Source: Octopus vulgaris
Lineage: Eukaryota
Length of the DNA stretch: 64,000 bases
Direction: 5' to 3'
Assembly: GCA_951406725.2 (NCBI GenBank)
Contig: OX597820.1
Coordinates: 26,722,001-26,786,000, forward strand
Shown: positions 11,159 through 24,638 of the stretch, in pieces
How positions within the stretch are numbered: position 1 is the stretch's first letter
How the letters are laid out: every line of letters begins with the position of its first letter
Translations under genes and position numbers: made by a program
Notes under the pieces: model-generated
Told to the model about the DNA's origin: nothing
What the model saw: only the letters and a program-made list of their open reading frames with translations
Databases searched by the model: none

Positions 11159-12585
11159 ATAGTTATGCTTAAATCGATAGAAGCTCTGTGTGTGTGTGTA
11201 TATATACAGTTGTTTACTTTAAATAATAATAGATAAAAAAAACACTCGCGCACACATGTGCATATATTGATTTCTTATACAGGAGCAAGGTCACACATAT
11301 GACCGGGCGATATTATTATGTTTACTGTATGCATCTATATGTATGTGTGTGGAGGCACATGGCCTAGTGGTTAGAGCAGCGGACTCGCAATCGCGGGTTC
11401 GAATCTCAGATCGGGTGATGTGTGTGTTTATGAGCGAAACACCTAAGCTGCACCCGGCTCCGGCAGAAGGTAACGGCGAACTTCTACTGACTCTTTCGCC
11501 ACAACTTTCTCTCACTCTTTCCTCCTGCATCTTGCAGCTCACCTGCGACGGACCGGTGGGGAACCTATACGCCAAGGAAACCGGGAAACCGGCCCTTATG
11601 AGCCAAGCATGGCTCGAGAAGGAACAAACCATAATGCGTATGGCCAAGACGATGCTGTTATTGCCAGTAAATGTACGTGACTTAGTGGATGGATATTCGT
11701 AAGGTCGTGAGTTCGATTTCCTGCGACGCGTTGTGTCCTTGAGCATGACACTTTATTTCACGTTGCTCCAGTCCACCCAGTTAGCAAAAATGAGTAGCGC
11801 CTGTAGTTTAAGGGCCCAGCCTTGTCATGTTCTGTGTCAAGCTTAATCTCCCTGAGAAATACGTTAAGGGTACACGTGCATTTGGAAAGCTCAGTCACTT
11901 GCACGTTAATTTCACGAGCTGGCTGTTCCGTTGATTGGATCAACTGGAATCCTCGTCGTCGTAACCGACGGATTGCCAGTTGGGAAAGTGGAAAAACGTA
12001 GTGGTGGTGATGGTGGAAGTAGTAGTAAATAATGCACAGTAGTAAATAATTCCTTAAAATACGGAAAGTAGACATCTGTATTTCGTAATCAAAGTATTTT
12101 ATCTTGAGTCTAGACAGCTGTCCTTCATTCCTTTTAGATAAGCAACCGTAGATAAAACGAGTGCGTGAGGACAATGAGTGAAATATGTGTTGTTATTATT
12201 GAGGTAGAGCCATGCACTAATATCATTAACGGCTGTAGCGTAGACAGCTGGTGACAGAAGTGTTTTATCATTAAAGTCTTCCATACATTAGTATGGTAGG
12301 CTTTAATGATAAGATTTAAATTCGAAGTAAATATTATTTTAGATATAACCCCCTAAATATACAATGCTCCGAAGGCTTGACTTTTATTACCATTTATAAG
12401 AATTGAGTCTTTGGATTATAAAAATGTCATATCTCTATATAGAAAAACGTGTTCAAACATCGAGTCCCGTTCTGCCTGTCTTTAGGCCTTCGAGCATTTG
12501 GTTTCCATAGCAGCAAGCGGTATAGATACCCCCCAATTAAAAACCTCTGTTCTAATGTAATGTAATAGTTATTGTTGTTCGTTAA

Positions 12586-12816
12586 GGCGGCGAGCTGGCA
12601 GAAACGTTAGCACGCTGGGCGAAATGTTTAGCGGCATTTCGTCTGTCTTTACGTTCTGAGTTGAAATTCCGCTGTGGTCGACTTTGCCTCTCGTCCTTTC
12701 GGGGTCGATAAATAAAGTACCAGTTACGCACTGGGGTCGATATAATCGACTTAATCCTTTTGTCTGTCCTTGTTTGTCCTCTCTGTGTTTAGCCCCTTGC
12801 GGGCAATAAAGAAATA
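12586..12816 (+). mobile_element. SINE family A, representative full-length monomer
   Basis: GGCGGCGAGCTGGCAGAAACGTTAGC head, GCCTYTCRTCCTTTCGGGGTCGATAAA core, AAAGAAATA tail. Related copies at about 5060-5660, 8240-8690, 13434-13866, 22070-22290, 33925-34137, 34455-34685, 35890-36112, 36418-36790, 41222-41640, 44835-45025, 51190-51424 and 56680-56880. Confidence 0.88.
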
Positions 12817-14002
12817 AGTTAATCGTTGTTCGTACATAATTCTTTCCCTAAATTTATTTAACTTCTGGAGAGTGTAAAAGAATTTTTCTCTTTAACCAGA
12901 TAACAACATTGTCAATGAGAATTATCAACTGCCTTAATGTACCGATTTTGAAGGATTTACCGATAAAATATTGCTGTAATGTCTTTACATATATTACGAT
13001 TAGATTAGAACGTATTACTTATATATAAGGTTGGCTTGGCTGTGTGATAAATAACTACGTGATTCTAGAATGGATTCCACGGCACGGAACTTGGGCAGGT
13101 AACTCTAACTATAGTCTTGGGCTGACCTGTATCTGTGAGTGGTGAAATGTGTATGTATGCTTGCGTGCGTGTATGTGCATATGTGTATATGTGTGTGTTT
13201 GTGTATGTGTATGTATCTGCGCGCGAGTGTGTGCATGTGTGCGCGTGCACGTTTGTTTTCTGTTTACGCCGCTCTAAAAAACGTTTTCGTCCTTTATGTT
13301 CAGCGCTTTCATGTCCCGTAACCTAGCAGTTTAAATAACAGAATTCAATAAAAAATATATAAAAACAAACTGAACTTAGACACTTCCCTCAAAATTTCCG
13401 GCCTTGTGCCTAAATCAGAAATCATTATTATTAAGGCGGCGAGCTGGCAGAACTGTGAGCTGTCGGACAAAAGGCTTAGCGGCATTTCTTCCGGTTCTTT
13501 ACATTCTGAGTTCAAATCCCATCGAGGTCAACTTCAACTTTCATCATTTCGAGGGTCCATAAAATAAATACCAGTCATGTACTCGGGATGATGTAATAGA
13601 CTTAACTCTCCACCCTGTCCAAGAAAATGATGTACCTGTGTCAAAATTTGAAACAATTATTGGTCTCAGATTTTGGTACGAAACCAGAAATTTCGAGAAA
13701 GGAGTAAATCAATTACATCAACTCTAGTACTCAACAGGTATTTACTTTATCCTGCCAGAAAAAAGGATGTAAGGCAAAGTAGACTTCGGCGGAATTTGAA
13801 CTCAGAACGTGAAGACGCTAAGCATTTTGCTCGGCGCGCTTAACGATTCTGCCAGCTCGCCACCTTATTACTTAGTAACGATGTAGTGTGAGCAAAGGTG
13901 ATATATCATACATTTCAAATTTACATTCAAAGAAAACAGACAGGTTAACTATTTATGATATTCTAATCTTTTCCATCAGTTTTTATTGTATTTTATACAT
14001 AC

Positions 14003-14099
<97 letters not shown>

Positions 14100-14205
14100 T
14101 GTATATCAAATACAAAATGAGACAACAAAACATCCAGATAGACGATACAAAGAAAACAAGCACGGGTCATTCGAAGTTTTCTTTCCAGCGGCGTACGTAC
14201 ACTTT

Positions 14206-14308
<103 letters not shown>

Positions 14309-14629
14309 AATACCAAAGTAAAAGGAAAACATTAGGTATAAATAATCTCAACCGATCGACATAACAGACAGCAATGATAAAAATCAAAAACAACTTGTCA
14401 GATGATTTTTTTCTTTTTTCAATAGTTGTTTTGAAATCTTAATTATTTCAGAGATGTCCTGTTGTGTTTAACAGTTCCTTTCCGCAGACTTCAGTTCGAA
14501 AAAGAGAAACTAATTAAATAAAGAGAACATCTTTTACCAGATGTGTCGAAAACCGCTTTTTATTTCAGTTTCTGGTCTCTATATTCTCACTTTGTTTTCT
14601 TTCCATTTTTGTTTTATTTCCTATCTACC

Positions 14630-14632
14630 ATC

Positions 14633-14694
<62 letters not shown>

Positions 14695-14758
14695 TTCCTT
14701 TTTTCTTTCTTTCTTTATCTCCTTCTTTCTTTCTTCCTTTCTTCTTTCTTTCTCTCCT

Positions 14759-14811
<53 letters not shown>

Positions 14812-15007
14812 TTTCCTTCTTTCTTTCCTTCTTTCCTTTTCTTTCTTGCTTTTTTCTTTCTTTCTCTCCTTCATTCTTTCTTTCTTTCTTTCTTTCCTTC
14901 TTTCCTTCCTTCTTTCTTTCTTTCTTTTTTTGCCTTCTTTCTTTCTTTCTTTTTGTCTTTTTTTGCCTTCTTTCTATCTTTCTTTCTTTCTTTTCTTCTT
15001 TCTTTTC

Positions 15008-15038
<31 letters not shown>

Positions 15039-15040
15039 TC
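14630..15040. repeat. (CTTT)n polypyrimidine tract
   Basis: ~400 bp of almost pure C/T in GILT intron 1, about 300 bp upstream of exon 2. Confidence 0.95.
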
Positions 15041-15336
15041 TTCATTTTTGGCTATTAATTAATTAAAAACTTTACTAATTTATATTTTATATTTACTTTC
15101 CTTGTCTGCTTGTCTGCCTCTCTATCTGCTTGCTTGTCTGTCTATCTGTCTGTCTATCTGTGTGCTTCTCTCACTGTCTTATCTGTCTGTCACTCCTTCC
15201 TCCTCTCTCTCTCACTCTGTCCTATCAGTCTATCCTTAAATTATGTCTGCTAATTTATATACTTAACTAAACAACAAATTAAATTGCAGTCTACATAAAT
15301 ATTTAACTATATGTAAAACTATTCATCTAATTCCAG

Positions 15337-15519
15337 GTGAGTGATCTTTGCAAACCTTACCTGTCACCCGCCACTGAAGAGAGTAAGGTTAAAGTGTCTG
15401 TTTACTATGAATCGAGATGTCCTTTCAGCATCAAGTTTTTATTAGAACAAGTAATGAAAGCCTTCGCAAAAGTAGGCGATATTATGTCCGTTGATTTGGT
15501 ACCATTCGGAAATTCTCAC
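15337..15519 (+). CDS. IFI30: GILT/IFI30-like, exon 2 (active site YYESRCPFS, CXXS)
   Basis: Acceptor TTCCAG ends at 15336; VSDLCKPYLSPATEESKVKVSVYYESRCPFSIKFLLEQVMKAFAKVGDIMSVDLVPFGNSH matches the GILT motifs V.V.VYYESxCPx(C/S) and LVP(F/Y)GN. Donor GTAAGT at 15520. Confidence 0.95.
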
Positions 15520-15554
15520 GTAAGTCATAAAAATTCTTTCTGTCAGTAATAATA

Positions 15555-15622
<68 letters not shown>

Positions 15623-15880
15623 GACGTGGCTGTGTCGTAATCATTAGCAACATTGTCATCACATCCGCCGCCCTCATCGTCATTTAACGATGTCAGTTGG
15701 AGAAGACCTCATAATTTCTTCCCCATAGATCACGGTTCTGCATTACCACATCACACACAGCCTCGTATATTACCTCCCGAATCTTTGACGATGACATCTG
15801 CAGAGAAGTATTTGTGACTTTTGCTACCTGCTAGCCACTGTATCCAGAGGGAAAATAATAATACTATTTTTGCTCTAGAT

Positions 15881-16198
15881 TAGTGCTCCTTAACAGGGGT
15901 CCATGTGGCCCCATATAAGATTTTTAGGGCTTTTCGCAACAAAATAGTAAATTTGAAGAGCCCCTGGAAAAAATTTGATTTAGCTGTATGTATTGGTATG
16001 AATATCAAAAACAGGTAGGCTTCGTTCTCTGATATTTTACATAGTTCAACTTATACAAATTAATGTGTGAAAAGCAAAGTAAGGATTTGAAAGAAGCATC
16101 TATAAAGCTAGTTTTTAAACATCGAATGCTATGGGGGTCCACCGGAATAAAATAGTAATCAAAGGGGTTCATAGACAGAAGAATGGTTGAGAATGCTG
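15881..16198. mobile_element. hAT (Charlie-like) MITE
   Basis: 8-bp TSD CTCTAGAT at 15873-15880 and 16199-16206 (NTCTAGAN preference); degenerate TIRs TAGTGCTCCTTAAC / GTTGAGAATGCTG; subterminal GGGGTCCA motifs. Confidence 0.7.
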
Positions 16199-16211
16199 CT
16201 CTAGATAATAC

Positions 16212-16639
16212 AACCTTGTTTCTATTTTCCCGATCGTCAGCGTATCCCGATATGACATGATGTAGTATTATATAGACTGATACAGTTTGGGATTTGTATT
16301 TGGTTGCTCTGACATTATTTAGTGCAATCAGAGAAATCTAATGGTGCCTGTCTCTCTTCTCCAAATACAGTTACCTGTTGGCTTGGTTGTGAAAGGTTCT
16401 TCTGTCCTTTTGACAACATCTATAAAACCTTGTGTCCATTTTCCCGATCGTCAGCGTATCCCGATATGACACGGTATGGTATTATGTAGACTGATACAAC
16501 ATGGAATTTATATTTGGTTACTCTGACATTATTTAGTATAATCAGAAAAATCTAATGGCGCCTGTCTCTCCTCTCCAAATACAGTTACCTGTTGGCTTGG
16601 TTGTGAAAGGTCCTTCTGCCCTTTTGACAACATCTATAA
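16212..16639 (+). repeat. ~214-bp tandem duplication in GILT intron 2
   Basis: Units start AACCTTGT at 16212 and 16426 and share TTTTCCCGATCGTCAGCGTATCCCGATATGACA and CAAATACAGTTACCTGTTGGCTTGGTTGTGAAAGG. Confidence 0.9.
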
Positions 16640-16848
16640 AAGTAAATGTTGCCGGATGTCGACAGAACCACATCACGAGGTGAATTAGGTTACAGGATGA
16701 AGGTGAGATGGATGGCTTGCCGAATGACCCGACCATGAAATATGGATTGCGTGTTATAAGTAGCAGGTAGAATATGTCAAGATCACTATAAGAGATTATT
16801 ATTATTCAACAGCTAATTGTTTATTTTGCTTTTTATTTTCTTATACAG

Positions 16849-16923
16849 GTACGAAAAATCGGCGATAAAGTTCTGTTCACTTGCCAACATGGACGAATAG
16901 AATGTGCGGCTAATATAGTTGAG
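16849..16923 (+). CDS. IFI30: GILT/IFI30-like, exon 3 (signature CQHGxxECxxN)
   Basis: Pyrimidine tract + TACAG acceptor; VRKIGDKVLFTCQHGRIECAANIVE; donor GTAAGT at 16924. Confidence 0.95.
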
Positions 16924-17336
16924 GTAAGTTATTAAAATCAATCAATTCTTCGAAAAAATAAGTGAGCACTGGTTATGTACATAAAGCATAGAAGACTCCG
17001 GTTCCTTACTATGTGGTTTTGAATTCGGTCCCACTGCGAGACAACAAGAGCAAATGTAGCTTCGTGCTAACCAATACCGTGCCAGCGAAATTTGATGAAG
17101 GGACTATTCCATTGTTGCATTTGGGTGAGGTAGACTTAAGGATAACTCTGGAGATAGTGGTCTTCTCTAACGGGTGCTGCTTAACCTCTTTTCAATTCGA
17201 CATTAAAAATTGAAACAATCCAGCCGAATGGTGCCCCTTATGTGTTTGTGTTGATTTTTCTAGAATCTTAGCTTAAACAACTAAGTGTTGCTGTTTGCGT
17301 TGAGTCACGGCTGTTGACGTTCTGAATTCATATCCG

Positions 17337-17771
17337 GGATCTTTTCGGTTTGAGTGGCAGTTTTTCTAGCGGTGTCATATGAAATTGTCACCCATAATTA
17401 TGACCCTAGTATCATCGATCTATTGCATTTCAATCTGTTTTAAGGTTAGGGTTAGTTAGGGTTAGGGTTAGGGGTGGGGGGAAGGGTATCTTTTTTCTTC
17501 AGAAATGTAAATAAACCAAATCTGTTTCTTAAACGAGGGACATATTCATACGACACAAAATATTTTCACCTCAATAGACGTCATTGATTGGTTGAAATTG
17601 CAGAAATTGAAGAAAAAACGACAGCAAATATCTTACAAACTATAGAATTTTCTCAATAAAGCCAAGAGAAAAAGATGTTTTATAAACACATTCTACCATT
17701 ATGCGAAGTTTAAAAGTGTTTAGTTACGTGGAAAGAATTTTTAAAAACTGCCGTTCAAACCGAAAAGATCC
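17337..17771. mobile_element. Merlin-like MITE, standard form of the same family
   Basis: ~28-bp TIRs GGATCTTTTCGGTTTGA..GGCAGTTTT; 8-bp TSD CATATCCG at 17329-17336 and 17772-17779; internal TTAGGG-like repeats; opposite orientation to the 9926 copy. Confidence 0.82.
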
Positions 17772-18253
17772 CATATCCGGATGTAATCAATTTTGCTTTT
17801 CAACTTTCAGGGATCGACTAAATAAAGCACGAAACAAGTTTGGAAGACGATTTAATCGACTAAACTCTTGTGAAGCTGCATTGCCTAATGGTTAGGCTGT
17901 TGCATTAACGATCGCTAGATCGTTGGTTCGATTTCCTGATTGGATGTAGCATTGTGTTCTTGAGCAAAACACTCCATTTCACGTTGTTTCACCCCCTTGC
18001 GATCAGGGGTGAATGTTGGCCTGCTCGTCTAGCACAAATTAGTATGGATTCTCTTGATTGTAATTAACAACACATTTTAGTTTATAGTTTTCTGGGTGCC
18101 GGTTACTTCAGAGTTTCGGTTATATGAGTACCGGATAAGAGGGCGTTTACTCTATATTGTTTTGTTTTTTGTTTTTGAGAGTTCAAATTACTGTTTGCTT
18201 TAACACCTTATCTGAAGACTCATTCGTACCTGTTTTATATCTAATTATAATAG

Positions 18254-18358
18254 ACATGCGCAGTACGACTTTTACCCGTTGAACAACATTTACCATTGAT
18301 CGCCTGCATTTCCAGTCAATTCATGCACGGAGTTAAACCAACATCTGCTTACAAATTA
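18254..18358 (+). CDS. IFI30: GILT/IFI30-like, exon 4
   Basis: TAG acceptor; TCAVRLLPVEQHLPLIACISSQFMHGVKPTSAYKL completes the signature (ECxxNxxxxC) and supplies another conserved Cys; donor GTAAGT at 18359. Confidence 0.9.
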
Positions 18359-18829
18359 GTAAGTTTCATACTAAATTTATACTTTTTGTTATATTCACTA
18401 TACAGAGTTTTGCTATAGTGTGTGTGTGTGTGTGTTCCCTCTTGTTTTAATTATTTGAAGCCTTCCCAGAGGAAGGGGATACTTTCTAACCAAGACACTA
18501 AGCCCTGTCGTTGGAATGTAAATAAAAACAAATTCACATTTTAAACTCGAGAAAAGTCTTATGTATGTATGTATGTATGTATGTATGTATGTATGTATGT
18601 ATGTATGTATGTATGTATGTATGCATGTATGTATGTATGCATGTATGTATGTATGTATGTATGTATGTATGTATGTATGTATGTATGTATGTATGTATGT
18701 ATGTATGTATGTATGCATGCAAGCGTTTGTGTGTGCATGTATGTATATATGTGTGTGTGAAATGTGAAAGAGGTGGTATCCATAATCTTCATAGATTAAA
18801 GAAGAACAGTAACAACTTGATGAGATGAA

Positions 18830-19420
18830 TGCGGTTAATCTTCAAAAATGTGGGGTTTACACCGAACAAATGGAAAAACAAAAGCAATGAGATAACAAGG
18901 GATACAAAAATAGAATTCAGAAAAATGAATAAATAAAGAAATAGAATCCGCAATACGGGGCAGTACAGGGTAATTCGGAAACGCTCCCCCAACTCCCTCA
19001 CACAAAATGTCCCAGAATACTTTGCCGTCTGCAAAGTACGTCGGAAGTGTCTTATTCCATTTTTTCTTCTACTTAGAAAGCATACTCTGAATAGGCATAT
19101 TCAGCCTCTCCAGTCTTGCCAGCCTCATCCACCTATCGATAAACACGATTTGTCTTGAAATATTACCTGAAGAAATTGATGAGAATTAGTCTTCAAGCCT
19201 TTCAGACGGGTCCTCTATGCAGCCTCTTTCACCGCAATCACTATGTAGGGCAAAATCCGCCTTTCTTCTTTGGCAAAGGAAGATGGTGCGGCGATCTTCA
19301 CTAAACACATCGTGGACAGCCAGATTCGTTTTACACGACACAAGTTCACAATGATATCTAGGATCAATGAAATAAAGCTCTATCGCAAAAAGTTTACATA
19401 ACGACAAAGGTAAAGAGTAA
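18830..19420 (-). mobile_element. Possible Tx1/L1-like LINE 3' remnant
   Basis: Broken minus-strand frames IVIAVKEAA*RTRLKGLKTN and VFIDRWMRLARL resemble Tx1-type ORF2 C-termini; heavily decayed. Confidence 0.4.
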
Positions 19421-19914
19421 CATGCCGAATTTTAAACAAGTCTTGCATACTTTTATTGTTTAGTTTATTAATGGTGTTTGCGAAGTGCATGTTAGCTGGC
19501 CAGTTATTTTTTTACCTGAAAACTCCAGCTTTTCAAGGAGTGGCTGTGTGGTAAGTAGCTTGCTTACCGACCACATGGCTCCGGGTTCAGTCCCACTGCG
19601 TGCCACCTTGGGTAAGTGTCTTCTACTATATCCTCGGGCCGACCAAAGCCTTGTGAGTGGATTTGGTAGACGGAAACTGAAAGAAGCCCGTCGTATATAT
19701 ATATAATATCAAAGGGTAATCAGAAATATTTGAAATTTCTATTACCAGTGGCCTAGCGTGTAAAAATTTAGTCAATAGAATATATATTATTCCTATTTCG
19801 AAATTTTATCCCTTATAGTGGTTCGGAATTTAATTGTCCTCTCTAGCGTGCAAGTAGTCCTATGATGGATGCCTCTTATGTGTTTAAATGTATACTGTGT
19901 TTATATATATATAT

Positions 19915-20581
19915 GAAAGAATACAAAAAAATGGGACAAGAACGCAACAGGCGACAAAACATCTAGACAGATGATACAAAATAAAACAAGATAAACAAGA
20001 ACGAGTCATTCGGACTTTTCTTTCCTTAGTCGAGTTCCAGATCATCTTTGCGGTTTCGGCTGGTTATACTCGAGACTGCTCCAATCTAGCCAGCCCCAAG
20101 GAAAATCTAAGCTAAGAGCACTAGATTCCTTGGAAGAAAGCAGCGAATGTATACGAAAACAAGGACGAAAAAACAAAACAAAACGGAGAAATGGTACACA
20201 AATACAAGTGCAAACAACAGGACATTAACAACAGATGTCTTTCGACTAAGGACGAATTAAATTAAGCTGGTGTGTGTGGAAGTGAAGCCTTACGGCAGGA
20301 ACATAAGAGATGACATGCATGGGAAGGATTATAGATGTTGCACGAATGGTAGTCGAACCAAAAAGAAAGGTCAGGCTTGGCAGAACACCGGTCACGGGCA
20401 GAGGGATAGAAGAATTAGGGAGGGACGAGAAAGAAAAAAAGAAAAGGGAAAGAGTGAAGTGAAAGAGAAAGAAAGGCAAAGAAATGTGAGAGAAGGGGAG
20501 CGAAAGATAGAAGAGTGGATGTTCCACGTCCTGCGTTGCTGTGTTTTTTTCTCTTTTTTTTCTGTGTTTTCTTGTTTGGAT

Positions 20582-20585
<4 letters not shown>
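19915..20585. repeat. (TA)n-flanked interspersed repeat family
   Basis: ~420 bp homologous to 25310-25740, with a short copy at ~14110-14190; all abut (TA)n-rich sequence. Confidence 0.75.
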
Positions 20586-20649
<64 letters not shown>

Positions 20650-20846
20650 TGCATGTGTGTGTGTGTGTGTGTGTGTGTGCGTGCAATGACAAAATTTTAA
20701 GCTTGAAAATATGTTATGATATAGAACTTCACCGACTACGTTTTTAGCAATTTTTTGTGGAGATCAATGCTTCTCTTTCTCTCTTTCTTTCTTCTCCCCC
20801 CTCTCTCTCACATACACACACTACATTCATTTTTTAAATTTTTTAG

Positions 20847-20993
20847 TGTGCTGCCAAACAACAGATTGATATGCAACCAATTCTTGCCTGCTCTCAAAGC
20901 GATCAAGGTGTTAATTTTCAGAAAGAAATGGCAACAAGAACTAATAGTTTGAAGCCACGTAAAACTTACGTTCCTTGGATTGTATTAAACGGC
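20847..20993 (+). CDS. IFI30: GILT/IFI30-like, exon 5
   Basis: TTTTAG acceptor; CAAKQQIDMQPILACSQSDQGVNFQKEMATRTNSLKPRKTYVPWIVLNG contains the GILT L.P...YVPWIxxNG motif; donor GTAAGT at 20994. Confidence 0.95.
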
Positions 20994-21662
20994 GTAAGTA
21001 AAAAAAATTCGACTGATTTAATATTTATGTCCATTCACGTAGTTGTAAAGCCGAGGATTAAGAATATTGGAAAAGGACTGGACAAAAATTCCTTACTTAT
21101 TTATTTCAGGGCCAACGCAGTCATTTATAAGATATACAAACATATATGCATACTTACTTATATGCATCAAACTTACGTGATAAGGTGATAAATGATAACG
21201 GGTAAATATCAGATTAAAAACCTTTGGGTGGAAAAAGTTGAAGGTTGCCCCTGGGACTCAAACCTGGCTTTCGAACTTTTCCGTTCTTAAGGCACAAATG
21301 AACCCGTGCATACATACACATGATATCAATAGATGTGGTTAATTCTAACAGTAAATGGACTCAATCAAGGTGTAGGATATATGCTTAGTTATAAGCTGTC
21401 TTACATACATATACGTGTACTTACGAGCTGTCTTACATATACGTGAACACACATACATGCATACATAACTACATGCATGCATACATACATACATACATAC
21501 AGATACCAGGCGAGTTGAATGCCCGATGGAATATCTTATGTGTTCGTCTGGGCTCTTTGCTTATTGACTTGAATTCCACTGAGGTCACCGTAACCTATTT
21601 ATCCTTCAAGATCGACAAATAAATTACCAGTCCAACACTAGGTTTACTATTACTACTACTAT

Positions 21663-21719
<57 letters not shown>

Positions 21720-22009
21720 CTCTTCTTAAAAGAAATCGGCTGTAGCCAGACATAGTTTAAAATGCCCGAAACGTGACCTGTATAACAACGGTGATCCTAA
21801 GGAGGCAACGATTGAAATATATATTTACGTAATCCTCAGAACCTGAGATTGAGTGAAGGCACCGGGTGTGTTACAAAATGCTGTCTGAGTTGTTTTCATC
21901 GCATGAAACTATGAAACTATTAATAACTCTTTTTAAATATATACTGTGTTTATTAAATAATAATAGTAATGATGATAATATTAACAACAACAACAACAAC
22001 AACAACAAC

Positions 22010-22066
<57 letters not shown>

Positions 22067-22645
22067 CCCTTCTGCTATAGGCACAAGGCCTGAACTTTTT
22101 TGGGAGTAAGGTGGGAGGTAAGTCGATTACATCGGCTCCAGTACTCAACTTGTATTTAATTTATCGACCACGAAATGATGAAAGGCGAAGTCGACCTCGG
22201 CGGAATTTGAACTCAGAACGTAGCGGCAGATGAAATCGCTCTAAGCATTTCGCCCGACATGCTAACGATTCAGCCAGCTCGCCACCTTAATAATAATAAT
22301 AATGATAAGTATATTAATAATAATAATGATAATAATAATAATAATAATAATAATATATATATATACGCACACAGACACATACCATACTTAAGGAGTATCT
22401 AATACACTACATATGTATACATATATGGTAACCCCACAAATATTTTTAATCAATTAAGATTACGCCTGTAATTAAAGAAAAGAAAAATCATTAGTGTTAA
22501 TGATAGTTCTAGGCAAATGCAAGGGAGACAATTTTGAAATACAAATGGCTCTAAACTTGAATCGGTATACATAAATGTTGTAATAAGTTTAGATAACTTT
22601 CGATGAGTTTTCACCGTCATTCTTGTTGTTCTGTCTCTTTAACAG

Positions 22646-22714
22646 GTCCACACACGAACCATCAATAACAAAGCACGGACAAACTTAATTCAACTTGTCT
22701 GTGATACTTATAAG
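22646..22714 (+). CDS. IFI30: GILT/IFI30-like, exon 6
   Basis: Pyrimidine tract + AACAG acceptor; VHTRTINNKARTNLIQLVCDTYK (L..LVC..Y motif); donor GTGAGT at 22715. Confidence 0.92.
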
Positions 22715-22883
22715 GTGAGTATAGCCCGTTGCTTTATTTTAGTCTAATTAAGCTACCATATGAGGAAATACAAGTCGAAATTTTGGAATAGAGATTGAAT
22801 TATTTAAATCTCATTACATATTTCTAATACATACACACACACGTACATACATACATACATACATACATACATACATACATACA

Positions 22884-22917
<34 letters not shown>

Positions 22918-22941
22918 CATACATACATACATATATGTATA

Positions 22942-23454
22942 TCGTAAATCCTCGAGTATAATCCGCATATTTTTCCCCAAAATTTAAAGGTCAAAATCCC
23001 TAGCATGTACTATATACAAGGTTAAAAATGAAAATTATTTTCTAAGCAATGTCCGAGTCTCTATTTGCTGTCCGGCAATGTTTATTCAGACGCATATCGT
23101 GATGTCGGGCGCGAAAATACCTCAAGCTAAGTCTGAAAGCAATGAAGGCATAAAAGAATCATCCATAACTTGCAGTAAGCAACATTTATTAAACGTTATT
23201 ACTGTTATTTCTATATTTTCTGCAAACAAAATGCACAAAAAAGCTACACTTTTGCATTATGTTATATATACAATAATAATAAAGGACGTTACCGTATACA
23301 TTTTTACAAACCAAGGACGTTATATAGACCTCCTTGACTCAAGTTAGAGAAGGGGTGCGTATTATACACAAGGTTTAGGTTTTTCAGAGGTATAAACCCC
23401 TAAAAATCCCCTGCGTATTATACTCAAGGGCGGACTATACTTGAGGATTTACGG
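22942..23454. mobile_element. pogo/Tc2-like MITE in GILT intron 6
   Basis: TIRs TCGTAAATCCTCGAGTATAATCCGC / GCGGACTATACTTGAGGATTTACGG, flanked by TA. Confidence 0.75.
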
Positions 23455-23492
23455 TACTTAAATATAAACCTAAGTACGCACATACATATATA

Positions 23493-23575
<83 letters not shown>

Positions 23576-23830
23576 TGACCCTTACATGCATACATTCATA
23601 CTTGTATATAGATTCTACAATTTACCGAAGAGTGTATGCCATAGTCATACCTTTAAATTACGGCCATTAGTGTGGGATGTGTATGGATGTATGTGAGTGG
23701 CTGTATGCGTATATATGTGTGTGTGTGTACTTACATGCTTGTGTGAGTGTGTATATGTTTGTGGATGTAAGCGAGATTTTAAACTCAAATATTACACGAA
23801 TAATAACTTACCTTTTTCTTTTTCTTTTAG

Positions 23831-23866
23831 GGAAGTGATAAACCTGCAGCTTGCTCCAAGTCGTAG
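23831..23866 (+). CDS. IFI30: GILT/IFI30-like, terminal exon 7
   Basis: Long pyrimidine tract + TAG acceptor; GSDKPAACSKS*, matching the G.KP..C C-terminus of GILTs; stop TAG at 23864-23866. Confidence 0.9.
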   Translation, partial: GSDKPAACSKS

Positions 23867-24044
23867 ACAACATCGCATGAAGATTCTTCCTTTGTCCATT
23901 AAGTAATTAATACACACACACGCGCGCGTATATATACACACGCATAGATACGCACGCATATATTCAGCCATAATATTTTTGTATGATGCTATACTGAGAC
24001 GAAACTGGCCACTGATTGTAAGCAATTGTACCCTCAGTTTCCGC

Positions 24045-24054
24045 AATAAATAAA
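24045..24054 (+). terminator. Candidate polyadenylation signal of the GILT-like gene
   Basis: Overlapping AATAAA hexamers (AATAAATAAA) about 180 bp after the stop codon. Confidence 0.55.
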
Positions 24055-24293
24055 TATATATATATCCTGCAGCGTGACTGAGTTCTTTTACTATTAGTAT
24101 TAACCATTTCTAGTAATATTATGTATATATATGAGCGCATGTATGTTTTTGTGCGCGCGCACATTTGTGGCTTAAGAACAGAAAAAGTCGAAGGCTAGGC
24201 TCGAGTCCCAGGAGCAACCATCAACTTTTTCCTCACATAGGTTTTTAACCCAATATTCACACGCTATTATTTATAGCCTTATCTACTACGAGT

Positions 24294-24349
<56 letters not shown>

Positions 24350-24576
24350 AATAAGGACAAAAGGTCCCTCCCTAACCATAGGTTCCTAAAGTCGATTTCC
24401 TGGATTCTGTGTCGTATATATTCCGTATTTCCTTCCTGTAAGGGATGCCGGCCCGTTGCAGGATCACTAAGATCTGAAACGGAGTGTTTTGCTCTTGAGC
24501 ACTATGCATTGCTTGGTCCAGGAGTCGAAACCACAATCTTACAATCATGAGTACTACACTTTTACCATTAGGCCCT

Positions 24577-24638
<62 letters not shown>

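Noticed and set aside
11350-11415. tRNA gene candidates (also near 32925 and 39285)
   Set aside because: A/B boxes are present, but there is no complete cloverleaf or T-run terminator, and each continues into a shared SINE body.
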